Shown here: piece after piece, positions 15,301-30,300 of the stretch
Position numbering within the stretch: the first letter of the stretch is position 1
How the letters are laid out: each line of letters begins with the position of its first letter
From: Eledone cirrhosa
Taxonomy: Eukaryota
Assembly (NCBI GenBank): GCA_964016885.1
Contig: CAXHJY010000740.1
Coordinates: 1 to 64,000, forward strand
Direction: 5' to 3'
DNA length: 64,000 bases
Notes under the pieces: model-generated
Databases searched by the model: none
What the model saw: only the letters and a program-made list of their open reading frames with translations
What the model was told of the DNA's origin: nothing
Position numbers and translations under genes: made by a program

Positions 15301-18300
15301 ATTGTATCCAACCCCTAGTGCCAGTAAGTTCTCTTCTTGGACCCAACTATGTTGTATCCAACCCCTAGTGCCAGTACGTTCTCTTCATGGACCCACCTAT
15401 GTTGTATCCAACCCCTAGTGCCAGTATATTCTCTTCTTTGACCCACCTATGTTGTATACAACCCCTAGTGCCAGTATATTCTCTTCATGGACCCACCTAT
15501 GTTGTATCCAACCCCTAGTGCCAGTATATTCTCTTCATGGACCCACCTATGTTGTATCCCACCCCTAGTGCCAGTATATTCTCTTCATGGACCCACCTAT
15601 GTTGTATCCAACCCCTAGTGCCAGTACGTTCTCTTCTTGGACCCACCTATGTTGTATCCCACCCCTAGTGCCAGTATATTCTCTTCTTGTACCCAACTAT
15701 GTTGTATCCAACCCCTAGTGCCAGTACGTTCTCTTCTTGGACCCACCTATGTTGTATCCAACCCCTAGTGACAGTACGTTCTCTTCTTGGACCCACCTAT
15801 GTTGTATCCAACCCCTAGTGCCAGTACGTTCTCTTCATGGACCCACCTATGTTGTATCCAAACCCTAGTGCCAGTACGTTCTCTTCTTGGACCCACCTAT
15901 GTTGTATCCAACCCCTAGTGCCAGTACGTTCTCTTCATGGACCCACCTATGTTGTATCCCACCCCTAGTGCCAGTACGATCTCTTCTTGGACCCACCTAT
16001 GTTCTATCCAACCCCTAGTGCCAGTATATTCTCTTCTTGGACCCACCTATGTTGTATCCAACACCTAGTGCCAGTACGTTCTCTTCTTGGACCCACCTAT
16101 GTTGTATCCCACCCCTAGTGCCAGTATATTCTCTTCTTGGACCCACCTATGTTGTATCCCACCCCTAGTGCCAGTATATTCTCTTCTTGGACCCACCTAT
16201 GTTGTATCCAACCCCTAGTGCCAGTACGTTCTCTTCTTGAACCCACCCCTAGTGCCAGTATATTCTCTTCTTGGACGCACCTAAGTTGTATCCAACCCCT
16301 AGTGCCAGTACGTTCTCTTCTTGGACCCACCTATGTTGTATCCAACCCCTAGTGCCAGTACGTTCTCTTCATGGACCCACATATGTTGTATCCAACCCCT
16401 GGTGACAGTACGTTCTCTTCTTGGACCCACCTATGTTGTATCCCACCCCTAGTGCCAGTATATTCTCTTCTTGGACCCACCTATGTTGTATCCCACCCCT
16501 AGTGCCAGTACGTTCTCTTCTTGAACCCGCCCCTAGTGCCAGTATATTCTCTTCTTGGACCCACCTAAGTTGTATCCAACCCCTAGTGCCAGTACGTTCT
16601 CTTCTTGGACCCACCTATGTTGTATCCAACCCCTAGTGCCAGTATATTCTCTTCTTGGACCCACCTATGTTGTATCCAACCCCTGGTGCCAGTACGTTCT
16701 CTTCTTGGACCCACCTAAGTTGTATCCAACCCCTAGTGCCAGTACGTTCTCTTCTTGGACCCACCTAAGTTGTATCCAACCCCTAGTGCCACTATATTCT
16801 CTTCTTGGACCCACCTATGTTGTATCCCACCCCTAGTGCCAGTATATTCTCTTCTTGGACCCACCTATGTTGTATCCCACCCCTAGTGCCAGTATATTCT
16901 CTTCATGGACCCACCTATGTTGTATCCAACCCCTAGTGCCAGTACGTTCTCTTCTTGGACCCACCTATGTTGTATCCAACCCCTAGTGCCAGTACGTTCT
17001 CTTCTTGGACCCACCTATATTGTATCCAACCCCTAGTGCCAGTATATTCTCTTCTTGGACCCACCTATGTTGTATCCAACCCCTAGTGCCAGTACGTTCT
17101 CTTCTTTGACCCACCTATATTGTATCCAACCCCTAGTGCCAGTAAGTTCTCTTCTTGGACCCACCTAAGTTGTATCCAACCCCTAGTGCCAGTATATTCT
17201 CTTCATGGACCCACCTATGTTGTATCCCACCCTTAGTGCCAGTATATTCTCTTCTTGGACCCACCTATGTTGTATCCAACCCCTAGTGCCAGTACGTTCT
17301 CTTCATGGACCCACCTATGTTGTATCCAACCCCTAGTGCCAGTACGTTCTCTTCTTGGACCCACCTAAGTTGTATCCAACCCCTAGTGCCAGTATATTCT
17401 CTTCATGGACCTACCTATGTTGTATCCCACTCCTAGTGCCAGTATATTCTATTCTTGGACCCACCTATGTTGTATCCAACTCCTAGTGCCAGTATGTTCT
17501 CTTCTTGGACCCACCTAAGTTGTATCCAACCCCTAGTGCCAGTATATTCTCTTCATGGACCCACCTATGTTGTATCCCACCCCTAGTGCCAGTATATTCT
17601 CTTCATGGACCCACCTATGTTGTATCCCACCCCTAGTGCCAGTATATTCTGTTCTTGGACCCACCTATGTTGTATCCAACCCCTAGTGCCAGTATATTCT
17701 CTTCATGGACCCACCTATGTTGTATCCCACCCCTAGTGCCAGTACGTTCTCTTCATGGACCCACCTATGTTGTATCCAACCCCTAGTGCCAGTATATTCT
17801 CTTCATGGACCCACCTATGTTGTATCCAACCCCTAGTGCCAGTACGTTCTCTTCATGGACCCACCTATGTTGTATCCAACCCCTAGTGCCAGTATATTCT
17901 CTTCATGGACCCACCTATGTTGTATCCAACCCCTAGTGCCAGTACGTTCTCTTCATGGACCCACCTATGTTGTATCCAACCCCTAGTGCCAGTATATTCT
18001 CTTCTTGGACCCACATATGTTGTATACAACCCCTAGTGCCAGTATATTCTCTTCTTGGACCCACATATGTTGTATCCAACTCCTAGTGACAGTATATTCT
18101 CTTCTTGGACCCACCTATGTTGTATCCAACCCCTACTGCCAGTATATTCTCTTCTTGGGCCCACATATGTTGTATCCAACCCCTAGTGCCAGTATATTGT
18201 CTTCTTGGACCCACCTATGTTGTATCCAACCCCTAGTGCCAGTACGTTCTCTTCATGGACCCACCTATGTTGTATCCACACCCTTGTGCCAGTATATTCT

Positions 18301-21300
18301 CTTCTTTGACCCACCTATGTTGTATCCAACCCCTAGTGCCAGTATATTCTCTTCATGGACCCACCTATGTTGTATCCAACCCCTAGTGCCAGTATATTCT
18401 CTTCATGGACCCACCTATGTTGTATCCAACCCCTAGTGCCAGTACGTTCTCTTCTTGGACCCACCTATGTTGTATCCCACCCCTAGTGCCAGTATATTCT
18501 ATTCTTGGACCCACATATGTTGTATCCAACCCCTAGTGCCAGTATATTCTCTTCTTGGACCCACCTATGTTGTATCCCACCCCTAGTGCCAGTATATTCT
18601 CTTCATGGACCCACCTATGTTGTATCCCACCCCTAGTGCCAGTATATTCTCTTCATGGACCCACCTATGTTGTATCCAACCCCTAGTGCCAGTACGTTCT
18701 CTTCTTGGACCTACCTATGTTGTATCCAACCCCTAGTGACAGTACGTTCTCTTCTTGGACCCACCTATGTTGTATCCAACCCCTAGTGCCAGTACGATCT
18801 CGTCATGGACCCACCTATGTTGTATCCAAACCCTAGTGCCAGTACGTTCTCTTCTTGGACCCACCTATGTTGTATCCAACCCCTAGTGCCAGTAAGTTCT
18901 CTTCATGGACCCACCTATGTTGTATCCAACCCCTAGTGCCAGTACGTTCTCTTCTTGGACCCACCTATGTTGTATCCAACCCCTAGTGCCAGTATATTCT
19001 CTTCTTGGACCCACCTATGTTGTATCCAACCCTTAGTGCCAATACGTTCTCTTCTTGAACCCACCTATGTTGTATCCCACCTCTAGTGCCAGTATATTCT
19101 CTTCTTGGACCCACCTATGTTGTATCCAACCCCTAGTGCCAGTACGTTCCCTTCATGGACCCACCTATGTTGTATCCAACCCCTAGTGCCAGTACGTTCT
19201 CTTCATGGACCCACCTATGTTGTATCCAACCCCTAGTGCCAGTACGTTCTCTTCTTGGACCCACCTATGTTGTATCCCACCCCTAGTGCCAGTATATTCT
19301 CTTCTTGGACCCACCTATGTTGTATCCAACCCCTAGTGCCAGTATATTCTCTTCATGGACCCACCTATGTTGTATCCAACCCCTAGTGCCAGTACGTTCT
19401 CTTCTTGGACCCACCTATGTTGTATCCCACCCATAGTGCCAGTATATTCTCTTCTTGGACCCACATATGTTGTATCCAACCCCTAGTGCCAGTATATTCT
19501 CTTCATGGACCCACCCCCTAGTGCCAGTACGTTCTCTTCATGGAGCCACCTATGTTGTATCCAACCGCTAGTGCCACTATATTCTCTTCTTGGACCCACC
19601 TATGTTGTATCCAACCCCTAGTGCCAGTATATTCTCTTCATGGACCCACCTATGTTGTATCCAACCTCTAGTGCCAGTATATTCTCTTCATGGACCCACC
19701 TATGTTGTATCAAACCCCTAGTGCCAGTACGTTCTCTTCTTGGACCCACCTATGTTGTATCCCACCCCTAGTGCCAGTATATTCTCTTCTTGGACCCACA
19801 TATGTTGTATCCAACCCCTAGTGCCAGTACGTTCTCTTCTTGGACCCACCTATGTTGTATCCCACCCCTAGTGCCAGTATATTCTCTTCTTGGACCCACC
19901 TATGTTTTATCCAACCCCTAGTGCCAGTATATTCTCTTCATGGACCCACCTATGTTGTATCCAACCCCTAGTGCCAGTATATTCTCTTCATGGACCCACC
20001 TATGTTGTATCCAACCCCTAGTGCCAGTACGTTCTCTTCTTGGACCCACCTATGTTGTATCCAACCCCTAGTGCCAGTATATTCTCTTCTTGGACCCACC
20101 TATGTTGTATCCAACCCCTAGTGCCAGTACGTTCTCTTCTTGGACCCACCTATGTTGTATCCCACCCCTAGTGCCAGTATATTCTCTTCATGGACCCACC
20201 TATGTTGTATCCAACCCCTAGTGCCAGTACGTTCTCTTCTTGGACCCACCTATGTTGTATCCAACCCCTAGTGCCAGTACGTTCTCTTCTTGGACCCACC
20301 TAAGTTGTATCCCACCCCTAGTGCCAGTATATTCTCTTCATGGACCCACCTATGTTGTATCCCACCCCTAGTGACAGTATATTCTCTTCATGGACCCACC
20401 TATGTTGTATCCCACCCCTAGTGCCAGTATATTCTCTTCATGGACCCACCTATGTTGTATCCAACCCCTAGTGCCAGCACGTTCTCTTCATGGACCCACC
20501 TATGTTGTATCCAACCCCTAGTGCCAGTACGTTCTCTTCTTTGACCCACCTATGTTGTATCCAACCCCTAGTGCCAGTACGTTCTCTTCTTGGACCCACC
20601 TATGTTGTATCCCACCCCTAGTGCCACTACGTTCTCTTCTTGGACCCAACTATGTTGTATCCCACCCATAGTGCCAGTATATTCTCTTCTTGGACCCACA
20701 TATGTCGTATCCAACCCCTAGTGCCAGTACGTTCTCTTCTTGGACCCACCTAAGTTGTATCCAACCCCTAGTGCCAGTATATTCTCTTCTTGGACCCACC
20801 TATGTTGTATCCAACCCCTAGTGCCAGTATATTCTCTTCTTGGACCCACCTATGTTGTATCCCACCCCTAGTGCCAGTACGTTCTCTTCTTGGACCCACC
20901 TATGTTGTATCCCACCCCTAGTGCCAGTATATTCTCTTCATGGACCCACCTATGTTGTATCCAACCCCTAGTGCCAGTATATTCTCTTCTTGGACCCACC
21001 TATGTTGTATCCCACCCCTAGTGCCAGTATATTCTCTTCTTGGACCCACCTATGTTGTATCCAACCCCTAGTGCCAGTATATTCTCTTCATGGACCCACC
21101 TATGTTGTATCCCACCCCTAGTGCCAGTACGTTCTCTTCTTGGACCCACCTATGTTGTATCCCACCCCTAGTGCCAGTATATTCTCTTCATCGACCCACC
21201 TATGTTGTATCCAACCCCTAGTGCCAGTACGTTCTCTTCTTGGACCCACCTATGTTGTATCCAACCCCTAGTGGCAGTACGTTCTCTTCTTGGACCCACC

Positions 21301-24300
21301 TAAGTTGTATCCAACCCCTAGTGCCAGTACGTTCTCTTCTTGGACCCACCTAAGTTGTATCCAACCCCTAGTGCCAGTACGTTCTCCTCATGGACCCACC
21401 TATGTTGTATCCAACCCCTAGTGCCAGTACGTTCTCTTCATGGACCCACCTATGTTGTATCCCACCCCTAGTGCCAGTATGTTCTCTTCTTGGACCCAAC
21501 TATGTTGTATCCCACCCATAGTGCCAGAATATTCTCTTCTTGGACCCACATATGTTGTATCCAACCCCTAGTGCCAGTATATTCTCTTCATGGACCCACC
21601 TATGTTGTATCCAACCCCTAGTGCCAGTACGTTCTCTTCTTGGACCCACCTATGTTGTATCCCACCCATAGTGCCAGTATATTCTCTTCTTGGACCCACA
21701 TATGTTGTATCCAACCCCTAGTGCCAGTATATTCTCTTCATGGACCCACCTATGTTGTATCCAACCCCTAGTGCCAGTACGTTCTCTTCTTGGACCCACC
21801 TATGTTGTATCCAACCCCTAGTGCCAGTATATTCTCTTCTTGGACCCACCTATGTTGTATCCAACCCCTAGTGCCAGTATATTCTCTTCTTGGACCCACC
21901 TATGTTGTATCCAACCCCTAGTGCCAGTATATTCTCTTCTTGGACCCACCTATGTTGTATCCCACCCCTAGTGCCAGTACGTTCTCTTCTTGGACCCACC
22001 TACGTTGTATCCAACCCCTAGTGCCAGTATATTCTCTTCTTGGACCCACATATGTTGTATCCAACCCCTAGTGCCAGTATATTCTCTTCTTGGACCCACC
22101 TATGTTGTATCCCACCCCTAGTGCCAGTATATTCTCTTCATGGACCCACCTATGTTGTATCCAACCCCTAGTGCCAGTATATTCTCTTCATGGACCCACC
22201 TATGTTGTATCCAACCCCTAGTGCCAGTACGTTCTCTTCTTGGACCCACCTATGTTGTATCCAACCCCTAGTGCCAGTACGTTCTCGTCATGGACCCACC
22301 TATGTTGTATCCAAACCCTAGTGCCAGTACGTTCTCTTCTTGGAGCCACCTATGTGGTATCGAACCCCTAGTGCCAGTACGTTCTCTTCATGGACCCACC
22401 TATGTTGTATCCAACCCCTAGTGCCAGTACGTTCTCTTCTTGGACCCACCTATGTTGTATCCAACCCCTAGTGCCAGTATATTCTCTTCTTGGACCCACC
22501 TATGTTGTATCCCACCCCTAGTGCCAGTACGTTCTCTTCATGGAGCCACCTATGTTGTATCCAACCGCTAGTGCCACTATATTCTCTTCTTGGACCCACC
22601 TATGTTGTATCCAACCCCTAGTGCCAGTATATTCTCTTCATGGACCCACCTATGTTGTATCCAACCCCTAGTGCCAGTATATTCTCTTCATGGACCCACC
22701 TATGTTGTATCCAACCCCTAGTGCCAGTACGTTCTCTTCTTGGACCCACCTATGTTGTATCCCACCCCTAGTGCCAGTATATTCTCTTTTTGGACCCACC
22801 TATGTTGTATCCCACCCCTAGTGCCAGTATATTCTCTTCTTGGACCCACCTATGTTGTATCCCACCCCTAGTGCCAGTATATTCTCTTCTTGGACCCACC
22901 TATGTTGTATCCCACCCCTAGTGCCAGTATATTCTCTTCTTGGACCCACCTATGTTGTATCCAACCCCTAGTGCCAGTACGTTCGCTTCTTGGACCCACC
23001 TATGTTGTATCCCACCCCTAGTGCCAGTATATTCTATTCTTGGACCCACCTATGTTGTATCCAACCCCTAGTGCCAGTACGTTCTCTTCTTGAACCCACC
23101 TATGTTGTATCCAACACCTGGTGCCAGTACGTTCTCTTCTTGGACCCACCTATGTTGTATCCCACCCCTAGTGCCAGTATATTCTCTTCTTGGACCCACC
23201 TATGTTGTATCCAACCCCTAGTGCCAGTACGTTCTCTTCTTGGACCCACCTATGTTGTATCCAACACCTGGTGCCAGTACGTTCTCTTCTTGGACCCACC
23301 TATGTTGTATCCCACCCCTAGTGCCAGTATATTCTCTTCTTGGACCCACCTATGTTGTATCCCACCCCTAGTGCGAGTATATTCTCTTCTTGGACCCACC
23401 TATGTTGTATCCCACCCCTAGTGCCAGTACGTTCTCTTCTTGAACCCACCTATGTTGTATCCCACCCCTAGTGCCAGTATATTCTCTTCTTGGACCCACC
23501 TAAGTTGTATCCAACCCCTAGTGCCAGTACGTTCTCTTCTTGTACCCACCTATGTTGTATCCAACCCCTAGTGCCAGTATATTCTCTTCTTGGACCCACC
23601 TAAGTTGTATCCAACCCCTAGTGCCAGTACGTTCTCTTCTTGGACCCACCTATGTTGTATCCAACCCCTAGTGCCAGTACGTTCTCTTCATGGACCCACC
23701 TATGTTGTATCCAACCCCTAGTGCCAGTACGTTCTCTTCTTGGACCCACCTAAGTTGTATCCAACCCCTAGTGCCAGTATATTCTCTTCATGGACCTACC
23801 TATGTTGTATCCCACTCCTAGTGCCAGTATATTCTCTTCTTGGACCCACCTATGTTGTATCCAACTCCTAGTGCCAGTATGTTCTCTTCTTGGACCCACC
23901 TAAGTTGTATCCAACCCCTAGTGCCAGTATATTCTCTTCATGGACCCACCTATGTTGTATCCCACCCCTAGTGCCAGTATATTCTCTTCATGGACCCACC
24001 TATGTTGTATCCCACCCCTAGTGCCAGTATATTCTCTTCTTGGACACACCTATGTTGTATCCAACCCCTAGTGCCAGTATATTCTCTTCATGGACCCACC
24101 TATGTTGTATCCCACCCCTAGTGCCAGTACGTTCTCTTCATGGACCCACCTATGTTGTATCCAACCCCTAGTGCCAGTACGTTCTCTTCATGGACCCACC
24201 TATGTTGTATCCAACCCCTAGTGCCAGTACATTCTCTTCTTTGACCCACCTATATTGTATCCAACCCCTAGTGCCAGTAAGTTCTCTTCTTGGACCCAAC

Positions 24301-27300
24301 TATGTTGTATCCAACCCCTAGTGCCAGTACGTTCTCTTCATGGACCCACCTATGTTGTATCCAACCCCTAGTGCCAGTATATTCTCTTCTTTGACCCACC
24401 TATGTTGTATACAACCCCTAGTGCCAGTATATTCTCTTCATGGACCCACCTATGTTGTATCCAACCCCTAGTGCCAGTATATTCTCTTCATGGACCCACC
24501 TATGTTGTATCCCACCCCTAGTGCCAGTATATTCTCTTCATGGACCCACCTATGTTGTATCCAACCCCTAGTGCCAGTACGTTCTCTTCTTGGACCCACC
24601 TATGTTGTATCCCACCCCTAGTGCCAGTATATTCTCTTCTTGTACCCAACTATGTTGTATCCAACCCCTAGTGCCAGTACGTTCTCTTCTTGGACCCACC
24701 TATGTTGTATCCAACCCCTAGTGACAGTACGTTCTCTTCTTGGACCCACCTATGTTGTATCCAACCCCTAGTGCCAGTACGTTCTCTTCATGGACCCACC
24801 TATGTTGTATCCAAACCCTAGTGCCAGTACGTTCTCTTCTTGGACCCACCTATGTTGTATCCAACCCCTAGTGCCAGTACGTTCTCTTCATGGACCCACC
24901 TATGTTGTATCCCACCCCTAGTGCCAGTACGATCTCTTCTTGGACCCACCTATGTTCTATCCAACCCCTAGTGCCAGTATATTCTCTTCTTGGACCCACC
25001 TATGTTGTATCCAACACCTAGTGCCAGTACGTTCTCTTCTTGGACCCACCTATGTTGTATCCCACCCCTAGTGCCAGTATATTCTCTTCTTGGACCCACC
25101 TATGTTGTATCCCACCCCTAGTGCCAGTATATTCTCTTCTTGGACCCACCTATGTTGTATCCAACCCCTAGTGCCAGTACGTTCTCTTCTTGAACCCACC
25201 CCTAGTGCCAGTATATTCTCTTCTTGGACGCACCTAAGTTGTATCCAACCCCTAGTGCCAGTACGTTCTCTTCTTGGACCCACCTATGTTGTATCCAACC
25301 CCTAGTGCCAGTACGTTCTCTTCATGGACCCACATATGTTGTATCCAACCCCTGGTGACAGTACGTTCTCTTCTTGGACCCACCTATGTTGTATCCCACC
25401 CCTAGTGCCAGTATATTCTCTTCTTGGACCCACCTATGTTGTATCCCACCCCTAGTGCCAGTACGTTCTCTTCTTGAACCCGCCCCTAGTGCCAGTATAT
25501 TCTCTTCTTGGACCCACCTAAGTTGTATCCAACCCCTAGTGCCAGTACGTTCTCTTCTTGGACCCACCTATGTTGTATCCAACCCCTAGTGCCAGTATAT
25601 TCTCTTCTTGGACCCACCTATGTTGTATCCAACCCCTGGTGCCAGTACGTTCTCTTCTTGGACCCACCTAAGTTGTATCCAACCCCTAGTGCCAGTACGT
25701 TCTCTTCTTGGACCCACCTAAGTTGTATCCAACCCCTAGTGCCACTATATTCTCTTCTTGGACCCACCTATGTTGTATCCCACCCCTAGTGCCAGTATAT
25801 TCTCTTCTTGGACCCACCTATGTTGTATCCCACCCCTAGTGCCAGTATATTCTCTTCATGGACCCACCTATGTTGTATCCAACCCCTAGTGCCAGTACGT
25901 TCTCTTCTTGGACCCACCTATGTTGTATCCAACCCCTAGTGCCAGTACGTTCTCTTCTTGGACCCACCTATATTGTATCCAACCCCTAGTGCCAGTATAT
26001 TCTCTTCTTGGACCCACCTATGTTGTATCCAACCCCTAGTGCCAGTACGTTCTCTTCTTTGACCCACCTATATTGTATCCAACCCCTAGTGCCAGTAAGT
26101 TCTCTTCTTGGACCCACCTAAGTTGTATCCAACCCCTAGTGCCAGTATATTCTCTTCATGGACCCACCTATGTTGTATCCCACCCTTAGTGCCAGTATAT
26201 TCTCTTCTTGGACCCACCTATGTTGTATCCAACCCCTAGTGCCAGTACGTTCTCTTCATGGACCCACCTATGTTGTATCCAACCCCTAGTGCCAGTACGT
26301 TCTCTTCTTGGACCCACCTAAGTTGTATCCAACCCCTAGTGCCAGTATATTCTCTTCATGGACCTACCTATGTTGTATCCCACTCCTAGTGCCAGTATAT
26401 TCTATTCTTGGACCCACCTATGTTGTATCCAACTCCTAGTGCCAGTATGTTCTCTTCTTGGACCCACCTAAGTTGTATCCAACCCCTAGTGCCAGTATAT
26501 TCTCTTCATGGACCCACCTATGTTGTATCCCACCCCTAGTGCCAGTATATTCTCTTCATGGACCCACCTATGTTGTATCCCACCCCTAGTGCCAGTATAT
26601 TCTCTTCTTGGACCCACCTATGTTGTATCCAACCCCTAGTGCCAGTATATTCTCTTCATGGACCCACCTATGTTGTATCCCACCCCTAGTGCCAGTACGT
26701 TCTCTTCATGGACCCACCTATGTTGTATCCAACCCCTAGTGCCAGTATATTCTCTTCATGGACCCACCTATGTTGTATCCAACCCCTAGTGCCAGTACGT
26801 TCTCTTCATGGACCCACCTATGTTGTATCCAACCCCTAGTGCCAGTATATTCTCTTCATGGACCCACCTATGTTGTATCCAACCCCTAGTGCCAGTACGT
26901 TCTCTTCATGGACCCACCTATGTTGTATCCAACCCCTAGTGCCAGTATATTCTCTTCTTGGACCCACATATGTTGTATACAACCCCTAGTGCCAGTATAT
27001 TCTCTTCTTGGACCCACATATGTTGTATCCAACTCCTAGTGACAGTATATTCTCTTCTTGGACCCACCTATGTTGTATCCAACCCCTACTGCCAGTATAT
27101 TCTCTTCTTGGGCCCACATATGTTGTATCCAACCCCTAGTGCCAGTATATTGTCTTCTTGGACCCACCTATGTTGTATCCAACCCCTAGTGCCAGTACGT
27201 TCTCTTCATGGACCCACCTATGTTGTATCCACACCCTTGTGCCAGTATATTCTCTTCTTTGACCCACCTATGTTGTATCCAACCCCTAGTGCCAGTATAT

Positions 27301-30300
27301 TCTCTTCATGGACCCACCTATGTTGTATCCAACCCCTAGTGCCAGTATATTCTCTTCATGGACCCACCTATGTTGTATCCAACCCCTAGTGCCAGTACGT
27401 TCTCTTCTTGGACCCACCTATGTTGTATCCCACCCCTAGTGCCAGTATATTCTATTCTTGGACCCACATATGTTGTATCCCACCCCTAGTGCCAGTATAT
27501 TCTCTTCATGGACCCACCTATGTTGTATCCAACCCCTAGTGCCAGTACGTTCTCTTCTTGGACCTACCTATGTTGTATCCAACCCCTAGTGACAGTACGT
27601 TCTCTTCTTGGACCCACCTATGTTGTATCCAACCCCTAGTGCCAGTACGATCTCGTCATGGACCCACCTATGTTGTATCCAAACCCTAGTGCCAGTACGT
27701 TCTCTTCTTGGACCCACCTATGTTGTATCCAACCCCTAGTGCCAGTAAGTTCTCTTCATGGACCCACCTATGTTGTATCCAACCCCTAGTGCCAGTACGT
27801 TCTCTTCTTGGACCCACCTATGTTGTATCCAACCCCTAGTGCCAGTATATTCTCTTCTTGGACCCACCTATGTTGTATCCAACCCCTAGTGCCAGTAAGT
27901 TCTCTTCATGGACCCACCTATGTTGTATCCAACCCCTAGTGCCAGTACGTTCTCTTCATGGACCCACCTATGTTGTATCCAACCCCTAGTGCCAGTACGT
28001 TCTCTTCTTGGACCCACCTATGTTGTATCCCACCCCTAGTGCCAGTATATTCTCTTCTTGGACCCACCTATGTTGTATCCAACCCCTAGTGCCAGTATAT
28101 TCTCTTCATGGACCCACCTATGTTGTATCCAACCCCTAGTGCCAGTACGTTCTCTTCTTGGACCCACCTATGTTGTATCCCACCCATAGTGCCAGTATAT
28201 TCTCTTCTTGGACCCACATATGTTGTATCCAACCCCTAGTGCCAGTATATTCTCTTCATGGACCCACCCCCTAGTGCCAGTACGTTCTCTTCATGGAGCC
28301 ACCTATGTTGTATCCAACCGCTAGTGCCACTATATTCTCTTCTTGGACCCACCTATGTTGTATCCAACCCCTAGTGCCAGTATATTCTCTTCATGGACCC
28401 ACCTATGTTGTATCCAACCTCTAGTGCCAGTATATTCTCTTCATGGACCCACCTATGTTGTATCAAACCCCTAGTGCCAGTACGTTCTCTTCTTGGACCC
28501 ACCTATGTTGTATCCCACCCCTAGTGCCAGTATATTCTCTTCTTGGACCCACATATGTTGTATCCAACCCCTAGTGCCAGTATATTCTCTTCTTGGACCC
28601 ACATATGTTGTATCCAACCCCTAGTGCCAGTACGTTCTCTTCTTGGACCCACCTATGTTGTATCCCACCCCTAGTGCCAGTATATTCTCTTCTTGGACCC
28701 ACCTATGTTTTATCCAACCCCTAGTGCCAGTATATTCTCTTCATGGACCCACCTATGTTGTATCCAACCCCTAGTGCCAGTATATTCTCTTCATGGACCC
28801 ACCTATGTTGTATCCAACCCCTAGTGCCAGTACGTTCTCTTCTTGGACCCACCTATGTTGTATCCAACCCCTAGTGCCAGTATATTCTCTTCTTGGACCC
28901 ACCTATGTTGTATCCAACCCCTAGTGCCAGTACGTTCTCTTCTTGGACCCACCTATGTTGTATCCAACCCCTAGTGCCAGTACGTTCTCTTCATGGACCC
29001 ACCTATGTTGTATCCAACCCCTAGTGCCAGTACGTTCTCTTCTTGGACCCACCTATGTTGTATCCAACCCCTAGTGCCAGTACGTTCTCTTCTTGGACCC
29101 ACCTAAGTTGTATCCCACCCCTAGTGCCAGTATATTCTCTTCATGGACCCACCTATGTTGTATCCCACCCCTAGTGACAGTATATTCTCTTCATGGACCC
29201 ACCTATGTTGTATCCCACCCCTAGTGCCAGTATATTCTCTTCATGGACCCACCTATGTTGTATCCAACCCCTAGTGCCAGCACGTTCTCTTCATGGACCC
29301 ACCTATGTTGTATCCAACCCCTAGTGCCAGTACGTTCTCTTCTTTGACCCACCTATGTTGTATCCAACCCCTAGTGCCAGTACGTTCTCTTCTTGGACCC
29401 ACCTATGTTGTATCCCACCCCTAGTGCCACTACGTTCTCTTCTTGGACCCAACTATGTTGTATCCCACCCATAGTGCCAGTATATTCTCTTCTTGGACCC
29501 ACATATGTCGTATCCAACCCCTAGTGCCAGTACGTTCTCTTCTTGGACCCACCTAAGTTGTATCCAACCCCTAGTGCCAGTATATTCTCTTCTTGGACCC
29601 ACCTATGTTGTATCCAACCCCTAGTGCCAGTATATTCTCTTCTTGGACCCACCTATGTTGTATCCCACCCCTAGTGCCAGTACGTTCTCTTCTTGGACCC
29701 ACCTATGTTGTATCCCACCCCTAGTGCCAGTATATTCTCTTCATGGACCCACCTATGTTGTATCCAACCCCTAGTGCCAGTATATTCTCTTCTTGGACCC
29801 ACCTATGTTGTATCCCACCCCTAGTGCCAGTATATTCTCTTCTTGGACCCACCTATGTTGTATCCAACCCCTAGTGCCAGTATATTCTCTTCATGGACCC
29901 ACCTATGTTGTATCCCACCCCTAGTGCCAGTACGTTCTCTTCTTGGACCCACCTATGTTGTATCCCACCCCTAGTGCCAGTATATTCTCTTCATCGACCC
30001 ACCTATGTTGTATCCAACCCCTAGTGCCAGTACGTTCTCTTCTTGGACCCACCTATGTTGTATCCAACCCCTAGTGGCAGTACGTTCTCTTCTTGGACCC
30101 ACCTAAGTTGTATCCAACCCCTAGTGCCAGTACGTTCTCTTCTTGGACCCACCTAAGTTGTATCCAACCCCTAGTGCCAGTACGTTCTCCTCATGGACCC
30201 ACCTATGTTGTATCCAACCCCTAGTGCCAGTACGTTCTCTTCATGGACCCACCTATGTTGTATCCCACCCCTAGTGCCAGTATGTTCTCTTCTTGGACCC